Positions 1 to 9,472 of a stretch of DNA of 64,000 nt are shown piece after piece (position 1 is the stretch's first letter; every line of letters begins with the position of its first letter). The stretch is from a virus, in the IMG/VR virus record IMGVR_UViG_3300045256_000058, positions 1 through 64,000 of that record, one strand, 5' to 3'. Under the pieces are notes generated by a model. That model was given only the letters and a program-made list of their open reading frames with translations. It did no database searches and was not told where the DNA came from. The position numbers and the translations under genes were made by a program.

Positions 1-4
1 TAAT

Positions 5-538
5 ATGAGTAACTTAGTAGTTTGCGGTACAGGTCATAGACCTCAAAGACTAATAGGTGGCTGGAATACATACTATATGCGAGAGCTAAAAAGAGTTACC
101 GATTTAGCTATGTCTGCCCTTTTATATATAAAACCGGATATTGTAATTACCGGGATGGCACTAGGATGGGATAGTGGATTAGGATTCGGAGCATCTCTTG
201 TTAGAAATGTAGAACCAGACTTAAAAATTCACGGATATTTACCTTATACGAATTACAATGCAAATTGGAATGACAAGAATAAGCTAATGTTCGAGAAGTT
301 AGTAGACCAGTTAGATGAATTAAAAGTAATTACGACTGGTGAAGTTACTGACTTTGGGAAAGCTAATATTGATAGAGACATTGCTATGGTTGATGCATCA
401 GATATAGTTTTAGCTCTATTTGATGGAACTGAAGCTGGTGGTACATTTCAAACTATTAAGTATGCGAAATCTCAAGGTAAAACAGTGTTAAACTTATGGG
501 ATATGTATAGGTTACGAGCGGATTATGTACAAAAGTGA
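5..538 (+). CDS. SLOG superfamily protein (YspA/DUF1273-like)
   Basis: TGHRP, GMALGWD, R-x3-MVD-x-SD, FDG..GGT..T..YA...GK motifs typical of the YspA-type SLOG fold. Confidence 0.8.
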   Translation: MSNLVVCGTGHRPQRLIGGWNTYYMRELKRVTDLAMSALLYIKPDIVITGMALGWDSGLGFGASLVRNVEPDLKIHGYLPYTNYNANWNDKNKLMFEKLVDQLDELKVITTGEVTDFGKANIDRDIAMVDASDIVLALFDGTEAGGTFQTIKYAKSQGKTVLNLWDMYRLRADYVQK

Positions 539-1385
539 GACTACAAACAATAGCACAGGCGAAAGATTTTACGTTGACAAGGACAATGTAAAATACGTCA
601 GTACAACTACTCTTATCGGATATTACGAGGATAAGAGCGGTCTTCAGGCATGGTATAACAGGCTTGGAGAAGAAGAAGCAAATAAAGTAAGAGATGCTTC
701 TGCTGACAGAGGTAAACAAGTTCACAGCTATGTAGAAGATTACCTTAAAGATAAACTGGCTACTTTTGATATATCTAATTTTGAGGATGTGGGTACTGAA
801 CATCAAATTATTGATATGTTCAATCAACCTATGTCCAGCAAGATTATTGAATTAGGTGAAAGAGCAGTCAATAATTTCTATCGACATACTGTACCTGTGC
901 GAATGGAAGAAGTAGTCTTCTTTTCAGATTCAGTAGCTAGATTTGCAGGTAGATATGACCAGCTTCTCTATATTCCAGAGAATAAATTTTGTCTTGCCAA
1001 CAGTTTTGACACAATCCCAGAAGGAAACTATTTAGTAGACTTAAAGACCAAGAATAAAATGCCTAGATTCGATAAGGCTGACTATTTAATCAAGTATTTA
1101 CTGCAAGGGTCAGCTTATGTTCAGGCATTAAAAGAGATTGAAGGAATTTCAGTAAAGGGATTTATTTTAGTATTTGTTACGTCAAGAAAGTGTCGAATGA
1201 TGTATATCGATGCAGCTAGACTTAGTTTCTACTGGAATCATTTCTACAATATGATGCTTGATTACTACAAAATTAAGCCACTTGACTATACTTGGTCTGA
1301 TATTATTCGAGAGGCAAATTCGACTTACGATTTTACCACACTGGATATGATGGACTACATTCCCGAAGAAATTTATGTTGTCTAG
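525..1385 (+). CDS. PD-(D/E)xK exonuclease (RecB/Cas4-like phage exonuclease)
   Basis: YVSTTT, RGK.VH, EE, AGRYD, LVDLKT, Q..AY motifs. Confidence 0.8.
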   Translation: MYKSETTNNSTGERFYVDKDNVKYVSTTTLIGYYEDKSGLQAWYNRLGEEEANKVRDASADRGKQVHSYVEDYLKDKLATFDISNFEDVGTEHQIIDMFNQPMSSKIIELGERAVNNFYRHTVPVRMEEVVFFSDSVARFAGRYDQLLYIPENKFCLANSFDTIPEGNYLVDLKTKNKMPRFDKADYLIKYLLQGSAYVQALKEIEGISVKGFILVFVTSRKCRMMYIDAARLSFYWNHFYNMMLDYYKIKPLDYTWSDIIREANSTYDFTTLDMMDYIPEEIYVV

Positions 1386-1422
1386 GTGTTAGCATGGTAT
1401 AAGTCACAGTCAAGGGATTACT

Positions 1423-2337
1423 ATGTTCAATATTCTTAACCATCTGGATAAATTGCGAGATTACGGAGAGGTAAAGGAATATGGAACTTGGATGCTTGCT
1501 ACTTGCCCCGTATGTGGCGGGAAACTAAAAATAAATACAAATCCTTCCAAAGAGGGTGCTTACGCTTGTTATACGAACTTTTGTCATGAAAGCTTCGGAA
1601 ACCCAGTTAGAAAACTGTTATATAAGCGTAAGCCTTTTTCTGTTGCAAATAACTTTAATCCTAAGTCATCGGGATATAAAAAATTACCAGACTTAGTGTA
1701 TCCAATACCGATAAAAGCTGAAGCAAAAGATTTTCTAACTAAGGTTACATTCATTCCTCCTACTCAAAAGCGAGAACTAACTAATGGTCATAAAAAACTA
1801 TTTACTTATTTCGAGTACAAAGATTTTCGAGTAGTGAGACTGGATTATCAGTCAGATAATGTGATTAAGAAATTCATTTATCCTGAATATTTCGATAGCG
1901 GAGTTTGGATAGAAGGAGTACCTTTAACATTGACTGAAATTCCGCTATATCGACTTAGTTATTTACAGCCTTCAATAGTTTTTACGGAAGGAGAGAAGTG
2001 TGCAACGATAGCTCAAAAATTAGGGCTTGCAGCAGTGACATTTCCAATGTTTGCATATTCAGAAAGATATATCGATAGATACGTTAGAAAACTTAAAGAG
2101 CGAGGTGTTGACAACGTTCTTTATTTGGAAGATAATGATAAGATTGGTCAGAAAAAAGCTGATACAGTACTGAACTACTGTTATAAAAATGGTATTGGAG
2201 GTAAATCAGCTAATCTAGTATCTATTTTTCCTGATTATTCTAATGTGTCTGGTTTTGATATATACGATGCACATAAGGCATCATTAATTACTACGGGTAA
2301 TGTTATCGATATAGTGGAGAAATGCCTATGTCAGTAG
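1423..2337 (+). CDS. DNA primase (Zn finger + TOPRIM)
   Basis: N-terminal CPVC...C..(FC)H Zn finger; TOPRIM EGE and DND motifs; lies upstream of the helicase. Confidence 0.8.
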   Translation: MFNILNHLDKLRDYGEVKEYGTWMLATCPVCGGKLKINTNPSKEGAYACYTNFCHESFGNPVRKLLYKRKPFSVANNFNPKSSGYKKLPDLVYPIPIKAEAKDFLTKVTFIPPTQKRELTNGHKKLFTYFEYKDFRVVRLDYQSDNVIKKFIYPEYFDSGVWIEGVPLTLTEIPLYRLSYLQPSIVFTEGEKCATIAQKLGLAAVTFPMFAYSERYIDRYVRKLKERGVDNVLYLEDNDKIGQKKADTVLNYCYKNGIGGKSANLVSIFPDYSNVSGFDIYDAHKASLITTGNVIDIVEKCLCQ

Positions 2338-4031
2338 TGAACGTAAAAGCACTAGCACCTCTTGACTTTAATGTTGAGAGTTATTCAGAAATATTTAAGG
2401 CATATAAAGAAGACCTTGAAAATTACATTCAATCATTTTCAGGGAAAAGAGATGATGATACTCAATATGCTAAAGATTATTTTCTAAGCAAACTGACTGA
2501 AAGATGGCAACCTATATTAGATTTTAATCAAAATAGAATTTTACGAGATATTCAAGAGCTTCAAACTCCAAAAACAGAGTTTATTGCCTCTCTTGGATTA
2601 AAAGAAGCTCTAGCTCACTATAAGCCTGCGGGTGCTTGGTTGATTCCAAATCTTCTAAGAGCGCATGGTGCTATGTATCTATTAGGTGGTGAACCTAAAG
2701 CTGGTAAATCTCTATTGGTTAACTTTCTAATCTACGGTGTTGCACTTTCAGGAGAGTTTCTTGGAAGACCTGTAAAGACAGGAAACGTATTGTATATTCA
2801 GTTAGAAGAAAGTCTAGACACTATCGGTGAAAGATTGTTTCTAGCTGGATTCGGTGATATTACAGATGAAGATACCTCAATGGTAGTCAACTTTGGTCAC
2901 TTAGAAGAAATATCAAGAAAGGTTCAAATAGAAAGAGTCTTTGATATTACCAGTGACTTAGATTGGCTCATTAAAAAGATTCAAGAAGTAAAACCAGCAT
3001 TGGTAGTTGTAGATAGTTTAAGAGCGGCTAGTGTCAAGTCTAGTGCCTCTGAGAACTCAAATGAATTTGGTAAGCTTGTAATCTCTCTTCAACAAGTATT
3101 TAATGTTACGAATACTTGTGGTGTCGTAATTCACCACATGAGCAAGTTAGGTGGTAGAAATGTCAAGAAAACCTCGCTAATTGAACGGTTAGCTGGTCAT
3201 ACTTCTATCTCAGCAGCTTGTTCTGGGATTATTGGTATTATGTCTGAGGAAACTCAAACAGGAAGACTTATGACTCTTAAGACTCTTCCTCGTAATGGTA
3301 CACCTTTGACTCTTACCTATCAAATTAAGACTTCCGATGAAGGTCTATGGAAGTTAGAAAAGCAATGGGAAGATACTCCTATTAACAGTCCTTTTACATC
3401 TAAAATTCTACGTTTTCTAGCTAACAATCCAGACGAGTATTATTCTCAACGTACTCTTGCAAAAGAAATTGGTGTAGAGCTTAGTAACGTTGACTTTAAG
3501 GAAGCATTGCTCTATCTGCAAAACAGTCAAATTATTACTAAGAAGTATCAGAATAAGAAGTTTCATTATTCACTACCTTCAGATTCTCTATGGATTGTAA
3601 ATCCTCAATCTGTAAAGCAAATGTGTGATAACGAAACTATTATCGATGCTAACAATATGGTTCGTTGTGGAGATAGAGAAACATTACGTTCTCTTGTGTC
3701 TATGTGGTCTAAAGAACGTCAGCTTAAAGCTACTGAGGTTCTATTAGCTGAAGAAAGAGCAAGAATTAAACAGCTAATGTGTAGTTGGGAATATGAAGTA
3801 GGTGATGTAGCTCTATACGATGGTGTTAAAGTCACTGTAAAGAGTAAGCATAGTGCTAGTCCTAGTTTGACTCGTAACGAATATGTGATTGATTTCTTAG
3901 GTGAAGATACAATTGTTTCTGAGCAAGCATTGTCACCTGTTTCTATCGTTGCTGAAGAAGTAGAGGATGATGAAGAACTTATTCTCATTGACACACCTAT
4001 TGCTGAGGAAGAATTAACTTTTGAACTGTAA
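2328..4031 (+). CDS. RecA-fold SF4/RepA-type replicative helicase (AAA_25)
   Basis: Walker A GGEPKAGKS, LYIQLEE, Walker B VVVDSL, IHH motif; acidic C-terminus; start at 2322 or 2328. Confidence 0.8.
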   Translation: MSVVNVKALAPLDFNVESYSEIFKAYKEDLENYIQSFSGKRDDDTQYAKDYFLSKLTERWQPILDFNQNRILRDIQELQTPKTEFIASLGLKEALAHYKPAGAWLIPNLLRAHGAMYLLGGEPKAGKSLLVNFLIYGVALSGEFLGRPVKTGNVLYIQLEESLDTIGERLFLAGFGDITDEDTSMVVNFGHLEEISRKVQIERVFDITSDLDWLIKKIQEVKPALVVVDSLRAASVKSSASENSNEFGKLVISLQQVFNVTNTCGVVIHHMSKLGGRNVKKTSLIERLAGHTSISAACSGIIGIMSEETQTGRLMTLKTLPRNGTPLTLTYQIKTSDEGLWKLEKQWEDTPINSPFTSKILRFLANNPDEYYSQRTLAKEIGVELSNVDFKEALLYLQNSQIITKKYQNKKFHYSLPSDSLWIVNPQSVKQMCDNETIIDANNMVRCGDRETLRSLVSMWSKERQLKATEVLLAEERARIKQLMCSWEYEVGDVALYDGVKVTVKSKHSASPSLTRNEYVIDFLGEDTIVSEQALSPVSIVAEEVEDDEELILIDTPIAEEELTFEL

Positions 4032-4033
4032 TT

Positions 4034-4231
4034 ATGTATGTAGTTACTTATATAGAAGGTGTCTGGGAGTTTTATGAGGCAGGTTTGTTAGGTACATTTT
4101 CTACAATAGAAAAAGGTAAAGAAGCAGCAGAGAAAGACCAAGCTAATCCAAGTAATTTCTATAAACGAGGATATTCTGTTTTTCTTTGTATACCTGACGA
4201 ACCTCCTGAATATGTAGAACATTGGGATTAA
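4034..4231 (+). CDS. hypothetical protein
   Basis: ORF coupled to the helicase stop (TAATTATG junction). Confidence 0.6.
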   Translation: MYVVTYIEGVWEFYEAGLLGTFSTIEKGKEAAEKDQANPSNFYKRGYSVFLCIPDEPPEYVEHWD

Positions 4232-4242
4232 AGGAGGTTTAT

Positions 4243-4911
4243 ATGAAATTTCCTCGAACTCGTCATTTTTGGTTCTCACCTGGGGCTGGAAGTGGTGACA
4301 AGATTGGCACTGAGTACGGAATGTCTGGACAGTTTAGAAATAAAACTCTAGTCATGACGGAAAAGTTAGATGGTGAGAATCAATTCTGGTCAGCAGATGA
4401 GTTTCACTTAAGAAGCGAATCTTCTACAGGTGGGGCTATTAGAAGTAGAGCAAAAAGTAAGTGGGCAGAGGTAAAACACTTATTGCCTGAAAATATAGGT
4501 GTTTTTGTAGAGGATATTAGTAATATTCATAGTATTCAATACTTAGACTACAGTGACACTTTCTATGTAATTCGTGCCGTAAATACTAAGTTTAATCTGT
4601 ATTACGACCATGAATTTACTCGATATATTGCTAATAAAATCGGGCTACCTAGTGTCCCGTTCATTAAGGAATTCAAAGCAGATACAGCTTCAGGACTTAA
4701 AGCTGCTGTAATGGAGGAAGTCTATAAGCCTTCTTTACTTGGCGGTGAAAGAGAAGGAGTTGTAGTTACTTGCGAATTCAATCATACTAATGGAACTATC
4801 CCTGAGTTGCCAGTGTGGACTGACTACACCGGGAAATGGGTAAGAGAGAATCACGTAAGAACAGATGAACATTGGTCACATAATCCTAAAGACTTTAAGG
4901 ATATTGAATGA
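4243..4911 (+). CDS. ATP-dependent RNA ligase family protein
   Basis: KFPRT, motif I TEKLDGEN, EGVVV, KWVRENHV..HW; AGGAGG RBS before ATG at 4243. Confidence 0.8.
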   Translation: MKFPRTRHFWFSPGAGSGDKIGTEYGMSGQFRNKTLVMTEKLDGENQFWSADEFHLRSESSTGGAIRSRAKSKWAEVKHLLPENIGVFVEDISNIHSIQYLDYSDTFYVIRAVNTKFNLYYDHEFTRYIANKIGLPSVPFIKEFKADTASGLKAAVMEEVYKPSLLGGEREGVVVTCEFNHTNGTIPELPVWTDYTGKWVRENHVRTDEHWSHNPKDFKDIE

Positions 4912-6773
4912 AAGTACATTACATTACACAGGCTTCACAATTAGACTATGTATTTCGTGCTTTTACTTCTAAGGGATATGTTGGTCTAGATACAGAAACT
5001 ACTGGTCTAGACCCTCATACCTCTCGATTACGATTGATTCAACTCGCTACAGATAACGGCATATTTCTAATCGACTGCTTTAAGGTTAAGAATGCGTATG
5101 AATGGGTAAATAAATTACTTCATGCACATCCTTACTGTGTTTATGTAGGTCATAATCTAAAGTTTGATATGAAGATGCTATGGGCTAACGGTATTGAATT
5201 AACTGGCTTAAAGATATTCGATACAATGTTAGCTGCCAATATTTATGAAGGTGGTTTACCTTATAAATTCGGCTTAAAAGATGTAGCAGAGAGATTTCTA
5301 GATGAGAATGTAGATAAAACAGAGCAATTATCAGATTGGTCATTGCCTGAACTCTCTTCATCTCAGTTACATTACGCCGCAAAAGATGCTTGGATGGTAA
5401 AAGAGTTAGCCCCTATTCTTTCTAACTATTTAATAGAAGATGGATTAGAGGCAGTATTTGAGCTAGAAATACGAGCATTATTTTGCTTGGCTGCAATGGA
5501 GTATTTTGGTACTCGACTTGACTTGAATAGATTGAATGAGCTTAGACCAGTTTATGAAGCAAAGCAGCTAAGAGCAGAGAGTGATTTTCTACTTTATGTT
5601 CCGTCTCGTTTTGTTCGCTACAATCTTTTCGGAGAAATCGTAGACAAAGGTGTTGAAGTTACTTCTTCTGACCAAGTATTAAAAGTATTACGAGAGCTAG
5701 GTATTCCAGACCCAGATTGCTTAGAAAATGAGAGTGATGAATGCATACTTGACCCTTTTATTAAATCAACTGGGTCTAACGTTCTAAAACTCTTAGATAC
5801 TGATGAGTATCCCATTCTTGATGCATTATTTGCTCATAGAAAGGTATCTAAACTTTTGAGTGCATATGTATACTCGCTTCCAGAACTAATTAACCCGAAA
5901 ACGGGTAGAATACATCCTCATTTTAATCAGTGTGTTAGAACAGGTAGACTTTCTTCTTCTAATCCTAATGCACAGAATATGCCTCGTCCTAATCCTGATG
6001 AACCTTTATCTATTCGCAGTTGTTTTATTGCTAATCAAGGTAATGTTCTAATTGATTGTGACTACTCGCAAATTGAACTTCGAGTAATGGCTGAAGTATG
6101 TGGTGACGTAGGTATGTTAGAAGAGTTTCTAACTGGTAAAGACCCTTACGCTAACACTGCTGCATTACTAAGCTCTATGACTTACGATGAATTTGTAACT
6201 CTTCCTAAATCTGAGTATAAAAAGCGTAGACAAAATGCGAAAGCTGTTAGATTGGGATATAACTATGCGATGGGTGCTAAGAAGTTTAAGAGATATGCAA
6301 AACAGACTTACGGTGTATCTATGACAGAGAAAGAAGCATTTGAAAATAGAAGACTATATTTTGATGCTTATCCTGCGCTAACCGAGTATCATAAACAGTT
6401 TTTCGATAAGTCAATTTTAGAGGTACGAACATTACCTCCATTTAATAGACGTAGGCAATGGGAAGAATATCCTGGTGTACCTGCGTTAGCTAATCATCCT
6501 ATTCAAGGAACAAGTGCTGATATTACTAAACTTGCAATGGCTCTTATTTATGAAAGATTGTATGACAAAGGTTATTCTCCTTTACAATCTTGGGATATTA
6601 TGCCTATTCTTCAAGTTCATGATGAAATCGTACTTGAATCTACTATTGAATTAGGTGAGGAAGCAAGATTAATAGAACAAACTGCAATGATAGAAGCTGG
6701 CGAGGTAGTGTTGCATGAATGCCCCGTTCTAGCCGAAGCAAAGATTATTGCAAATCTAAGTCAAAAGGACTAA
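4908..6773 (+). CDS. polA: DNA polymerase family A with 3'-5' exonuclease
   Basis: Exo DTET, HNLKFD, YAAKD; TGRLSSSNPN; motif A DYSQIELR; motif B R..AK...G..Y; motif C VHDE. Confidence 0.95.
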   Translation: MKVHYITQASQLDYVFRAFTSKGYVGLDTETTGLDPHTSRLRLIQLATDNGIFLIDCFKVKNAYEWVNKLLHAHPYCVYVGHNLKFDMKMLWANGIELTGLKIFDTMLAANIYEGGLPYKFGLKDVAERFLDENVDKTEQLSDWSLPELSSSQLHYAAKDAWMVKELAPILSNYLIEDGLEAVFELEIRALFCLAAMEYFGTRLDLNRLNELRPVYEAKQLRAESDFLLYVPSRFVRYNLFGEIVDKGVEVTSSDQVLKVLRELGIPDPDCLENESDECILDPFIKSTGSNVLKLLDTDEYPILDALFAHRKVSKLLSAYVYSLPELINPKTGRIHPHFNQCVRTGRLSSSNPNAQNMPRPNPDEPLSIRSCFIANQGNVLIDCDYSQIELRVMAEVCGDVGMLEEFLTGKDPYANTAALLSSMTYDEFVTLPKSEYKKRRQNAKAVRLGYNYAMGAKKFKRYAKQTYGVSMTEKEAFENRRLYFDAYPALTEYHKQFFDKSILEVRTLPPFNRRRQWEEYPGVPALANHPIQGTSADITKLAMALIYERLYDKGYSPLQSWDIMPILQVHDEIVLESTIELGEEARLIEQTAMIEAGEVVLHECPVLAEAKIIANLSQKD

Positions 6774-6775
6774 TT

Positions 6776-6967
6776 ATGGCAAAAGGATTTACAGTAAAAC
6801 AACAAATGCACCCAAATATTAAGAAGCTTCTTTTAAGAGACTTTCGTAGTCCGCTAAATGAAGTACGCCGTTTGGATGCAAGTGCTTATGAAGATGAATT
6901 TCTAAATTCTCTTTCTGAGGAAGACCGTAAAAAGCTAAAACAATTAGCGCATGGAACCGGGAGGTAA
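6776..6967 (+). CDS. small hypothetical protein (MAKGF... N-terminus)
   Basis: TAATTATG junction after the polA stop; 63 aa; the track start at 6719 lies inside polA. Confidence 0.6.
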   Translation: MAKGFTVKQQMHPNIKKLLLRDFRSPLNEVRRLDASAYEDEFLNSLSEEDRKKLKQLAHGTGR

Positions 6968-7321
6968 TTGTCCAGGTTGCATCATATTCGGATTAGGATT
7001 TCCTACTGAAACTTTACCAGGCGGCATATCTGGAGCATTTACATCCATGCCAGGAACTTTGAAAGGTAAACCTAGACCTGGGTTCTTTTTAATGTCTGCA
7101 AGCATTTTTTCTTGTGCCCGTGTATCAGCACTAGGCATAAAAAGCGGAGCCATCATAAGAGGAAGAGTAGCAGCATTAATAACATCAAATGTTTTACCTA
7201 GCAAGCCTTTTTTGGCTACTTGTTTTGCTGCTGGAGCTGCCGCCTGAACCCCTTTTTGAACTAGAGGATTAGCAAACGGAAGACCGAAATTTGCTGAATT
7301 AGTATCTTTAAGTAATCTCAT
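6944..7321 (-). CDS. putative virion/internal protein with N-terminal A-N-F leader
   Basis: MRLLKDTNSANF leader shared with many late genes; P/M/Q-rich; opposite strand to its neighbours. Confidence 0.6.
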   Translation of the reverse strand: MRLLKDTNSANFGLPFANPLVQKGVQAAAPAAKQVAKKGLLGKTFDVINAATLPLMMAPLFMPSADTRAQEKMLADIKKNPGLGLPFKVPGMDVNAPDMPPGKVSVGNPNPNMMQPGQLPPGSMR

Positions 7322-7387
7322 AGACTTGAAGTAACTGTACCTATATAACTGTTATTTCTAGTATATAATAAGGACAAAATTGTTTTT

Positions 7388-7639
7388 ATGACAACAATAC
7401 TTGAGTACGAAAAAAGAATGAGTGTTAAAGGACGAAGAGTTTTATGCAAGTACGATAGGTTACTTGTCGATAAAGTAGGTCTTCCGATATTTTTAAGTTT
7501 CAAACCAGATAATCACCTTGTTTTAGTCTTGAAATCTGATGTATCTTCTGATAAAATAAAAGAACTGTTGCAAGTTATATCAAAGTGGTTTGCTAGCTTA
7601 AAAGTTATAGATTGGAATTATTCGGAGAACCATAAATGA
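7388..7639 (+). CDS. hypothetical protein
   Basis: AAGGA upstream; ATGA overlap with nrdA. Confidence 0.6.
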   Translation: MTTILEYEKRMSVKGRRVLCKYDRLLVDKVGLPIFLSFKPDNHLVLVLKSDVSSDKIKELLQVISKWFASLKVIDWNYSENHK

Positions 7640-9336
7640 GTAAGAGATTAGAAGCTAAGGTTTCTAGAGTAAAAAATGAACTTAAAACAATGTTAGAAAG
7701 TACACCTCAACTGGGTGTGGTAGGAAGAGTAAGGGATTGGTTATATGACCCTGAATCTCGGTATCCAGTTAGCTGTACCATTCTAGCAGTTGAAGATACG
7801 ATGGAAGGAGTTAACTCTATTGAATATTCTTGGCTATTTACGTCAAAGAATCTACGCTACGGTGCAGGAGTTACTCTAGATTTAAGTAAATTACGTGCAA
7901 ATGGTACTGACAACGGAAGAGGCTTAGTGTCATCAGGGGCAGTCTCTTTCGCAAAGATTTACTCTTCACTAAACGAAATTCTTCGCAGAGGTGGGAAGTT
8001 CAAGAATGGAGCAGTTGTTGTTTATTTAGATGCTAATCACCCGGATTTACCTGAGTTTCTAGCTCTAAAACCTTCCGAAGCTCCTTGGATTAAGAAAGCA
8101 GTATATGTAGACTCTAATCCCAAATCATCCGACTACATTATGAATAATCCACATTTGGATGCAATTCTTGATGGTGTTAGATATGGTACTGTTTGGCTTG
8201 CTAAAAAGAGATGGGAGCATCCAGATACACATGAAACTATTGATTATGCTCCTGACCCAGCTAATCCTGATAATTACCGTTTATATAGTAATGTCTGCTT
8301 AGAAATTCTTCTACCTAATCGTGGTACTTGTACACTAAGTCACGTTAATTTAGGTCAATGTAATCTTAAGACTATTCGTAGAGCATTTCGTCGTGGTATG
8401 AAGTTTCTCTGCGAACTTCACGGTATTACTGGTGCTGGACGAGATAATTACTATCTATCTCCGACAGAAGATAAGCAAGTAGGTCTTGGAGTCTTCGGAT
8501 TAGCGAATCTATTAGCTCGATATAAAGTTTCATATTCAGACTTTACATTTGCTCTGCAAGGCTATCTGAATCTCGATACTGCTGATGAATTAAACAATAA
8601 AGAAGCATTGCAAAAATACTACGGTAAGAAGGCTGTTGCTCTTGTAGAACAAATCTATCTCGGTTTTCAAGATGCCGCAAAGATTGCTCGTAGATACAAA
8701 ATGAAGAGAGCATTTACTGTTGCTCCTACAGCATCTTGTTCATTCCGTTATCAAGATTTAGACGGGTATACAACTACACCTGAAATCTCACCTCCTATTT
8801 GTCATGCAGAGACGAAGAAGACTGTTAGAGATAGCTCAACATTCGGTCAAGTTGAATATCAATACCCATTAAATGTTGAAACTGCGGCATCGGTTGGATG
8901 GGATATTTATGAAACTCTGGTAGAAAATTGGCAAGACTTAATGGCGACTACTGGATTAGCTCATAGTATTTCATTTAATATTTGGAATCAATGTCCGGTA
9001 GACCGTGAATGGTTTGAAGGTTGGTTAGAAGGTTCAACAATCACCACTTACTATCGTATGCTTGTTGAGCAAGATTTTGTAGATAAGTCAACTGTGGGCA
9101 CTGGATTAGAAGATGATGAACTATTAGCTTCTACTCAAGACTTCTTTATGCCAGTAGATGATGAAGATTCCTATTCTATTCCTCTTGATTTAGAGAACGA
9201 TATTGTTTACACAGATGAACAAACAAAGACAGATTTTCTATCAATGTTTGGTTCTGCTGCGAAAGCCAATGTAGGAACGGATATTGAGCCTGGAGCGATG
9301 TGTACTGAAACTATGTGCGTAGCTTGTGCTGAGTAA
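7636..9336 (+). CDS. nrdA: ribonucleotide reductase class I alpha subunit (short cyanophage type)
   Basis: PVSC, NVCLE (NxCxE), GTCTL, APTASCS, TTYY, C-terminal CxxC; adjacent ferritin-like beta gene. Confidence 0.9.
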   Translation: MSKRLEAKVSRVKNELKTMLESTPQLGVVGRVRDWLYDPESRYPVSCTILAVEDTMEGVNSIEYSWLFTSKNLRYGAGVTLDLSKLRANGTDNGRGLVSSGAVSFAKIYSSLNEILRRGGKFKNGAVVVYLDANHPDLPEFLALKPSEAPWIKKAVYVDSNPKSSDYIMNNPHLDAILDGVRYGTVWLAKKRWEHPDTHETIDYAPDPANPDNYRLYSNVCLEILLPNRGTCTLSHVNLGQCNLKTIRRAFRRGMKFLCELHGITGAGRDNYYLSPTEDKQVGLGVFGLANLLARYKVSYSDFTFALQGYLNLDTADELNNKEALQKYYGKKAVALVEQIYLGFQDAAKIARRYKMKRAFTVAPTASCSFRYQDLDGYTTTPEISPPICHAETKKTVRDSSTFGQVEYQYPLNVETAASVGWDIYETLVENWQDLMATTGLAHSISFNIWNQCPVDREWFEGWLEGSTITTYYRMLVEQDFVDKSTVGTGLEDDELLASTQDFFMPVDDEDSYSIPLDLENDIVYTDEQTKTDFLSMFGSAAKANVGTDIEPGAMCTETMCVACAE

Positions 9337-9345
9337 GTTGTAAGT

Positions 9346-9412
9346 AATACCTCACATTACTATCTAGATAGAACAGTTTTACTGGACTTGTAGTGTGGGG
9401 TATTGTTATAAT
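9346..9412 (+). promoter_or_regulatory. stem-loop (9346-9360/9390-9404) overlapping an extended -10 promoter (TGtTATAAT) for nrdB
   Basis: AATACCTCACATTAC...GTAGTGTGGGGTATT (2 G:U pairs), then TATAAT at 9407-9412. Confidence 0.6.
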
Positions 9413-9472
9413 GAAAAAACGAGCGAAAAAGATTTTTTCTAAATTTAAGTTTTAGTATTTTAGAGGCGGTTT

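Noticed and set aside
6950-6967. C-terminal HGTGR of the 6776-6967 protein as a second PatS/PatX-like motif
   Set aside because: It lacks the first Arg of RG(S/T)GR and lies in an overlap with the antisense gene; probably coincidence.
6951-7247. Antisense/shadow ORFs in the track (e.g. 456-827, 3719-3994, 6951-7247, 48117-48356, 48942-49241, 50304-50669, 54223-54552)
   Set aside because: They lie opposite well-supported genes and lack RBS or motifs.
9411-9455. Mini-ORF MKKRAKKIFSKFKF
   Set aside because: Its ATG overlaps the -10 box and it has no RBS; likely spurious.
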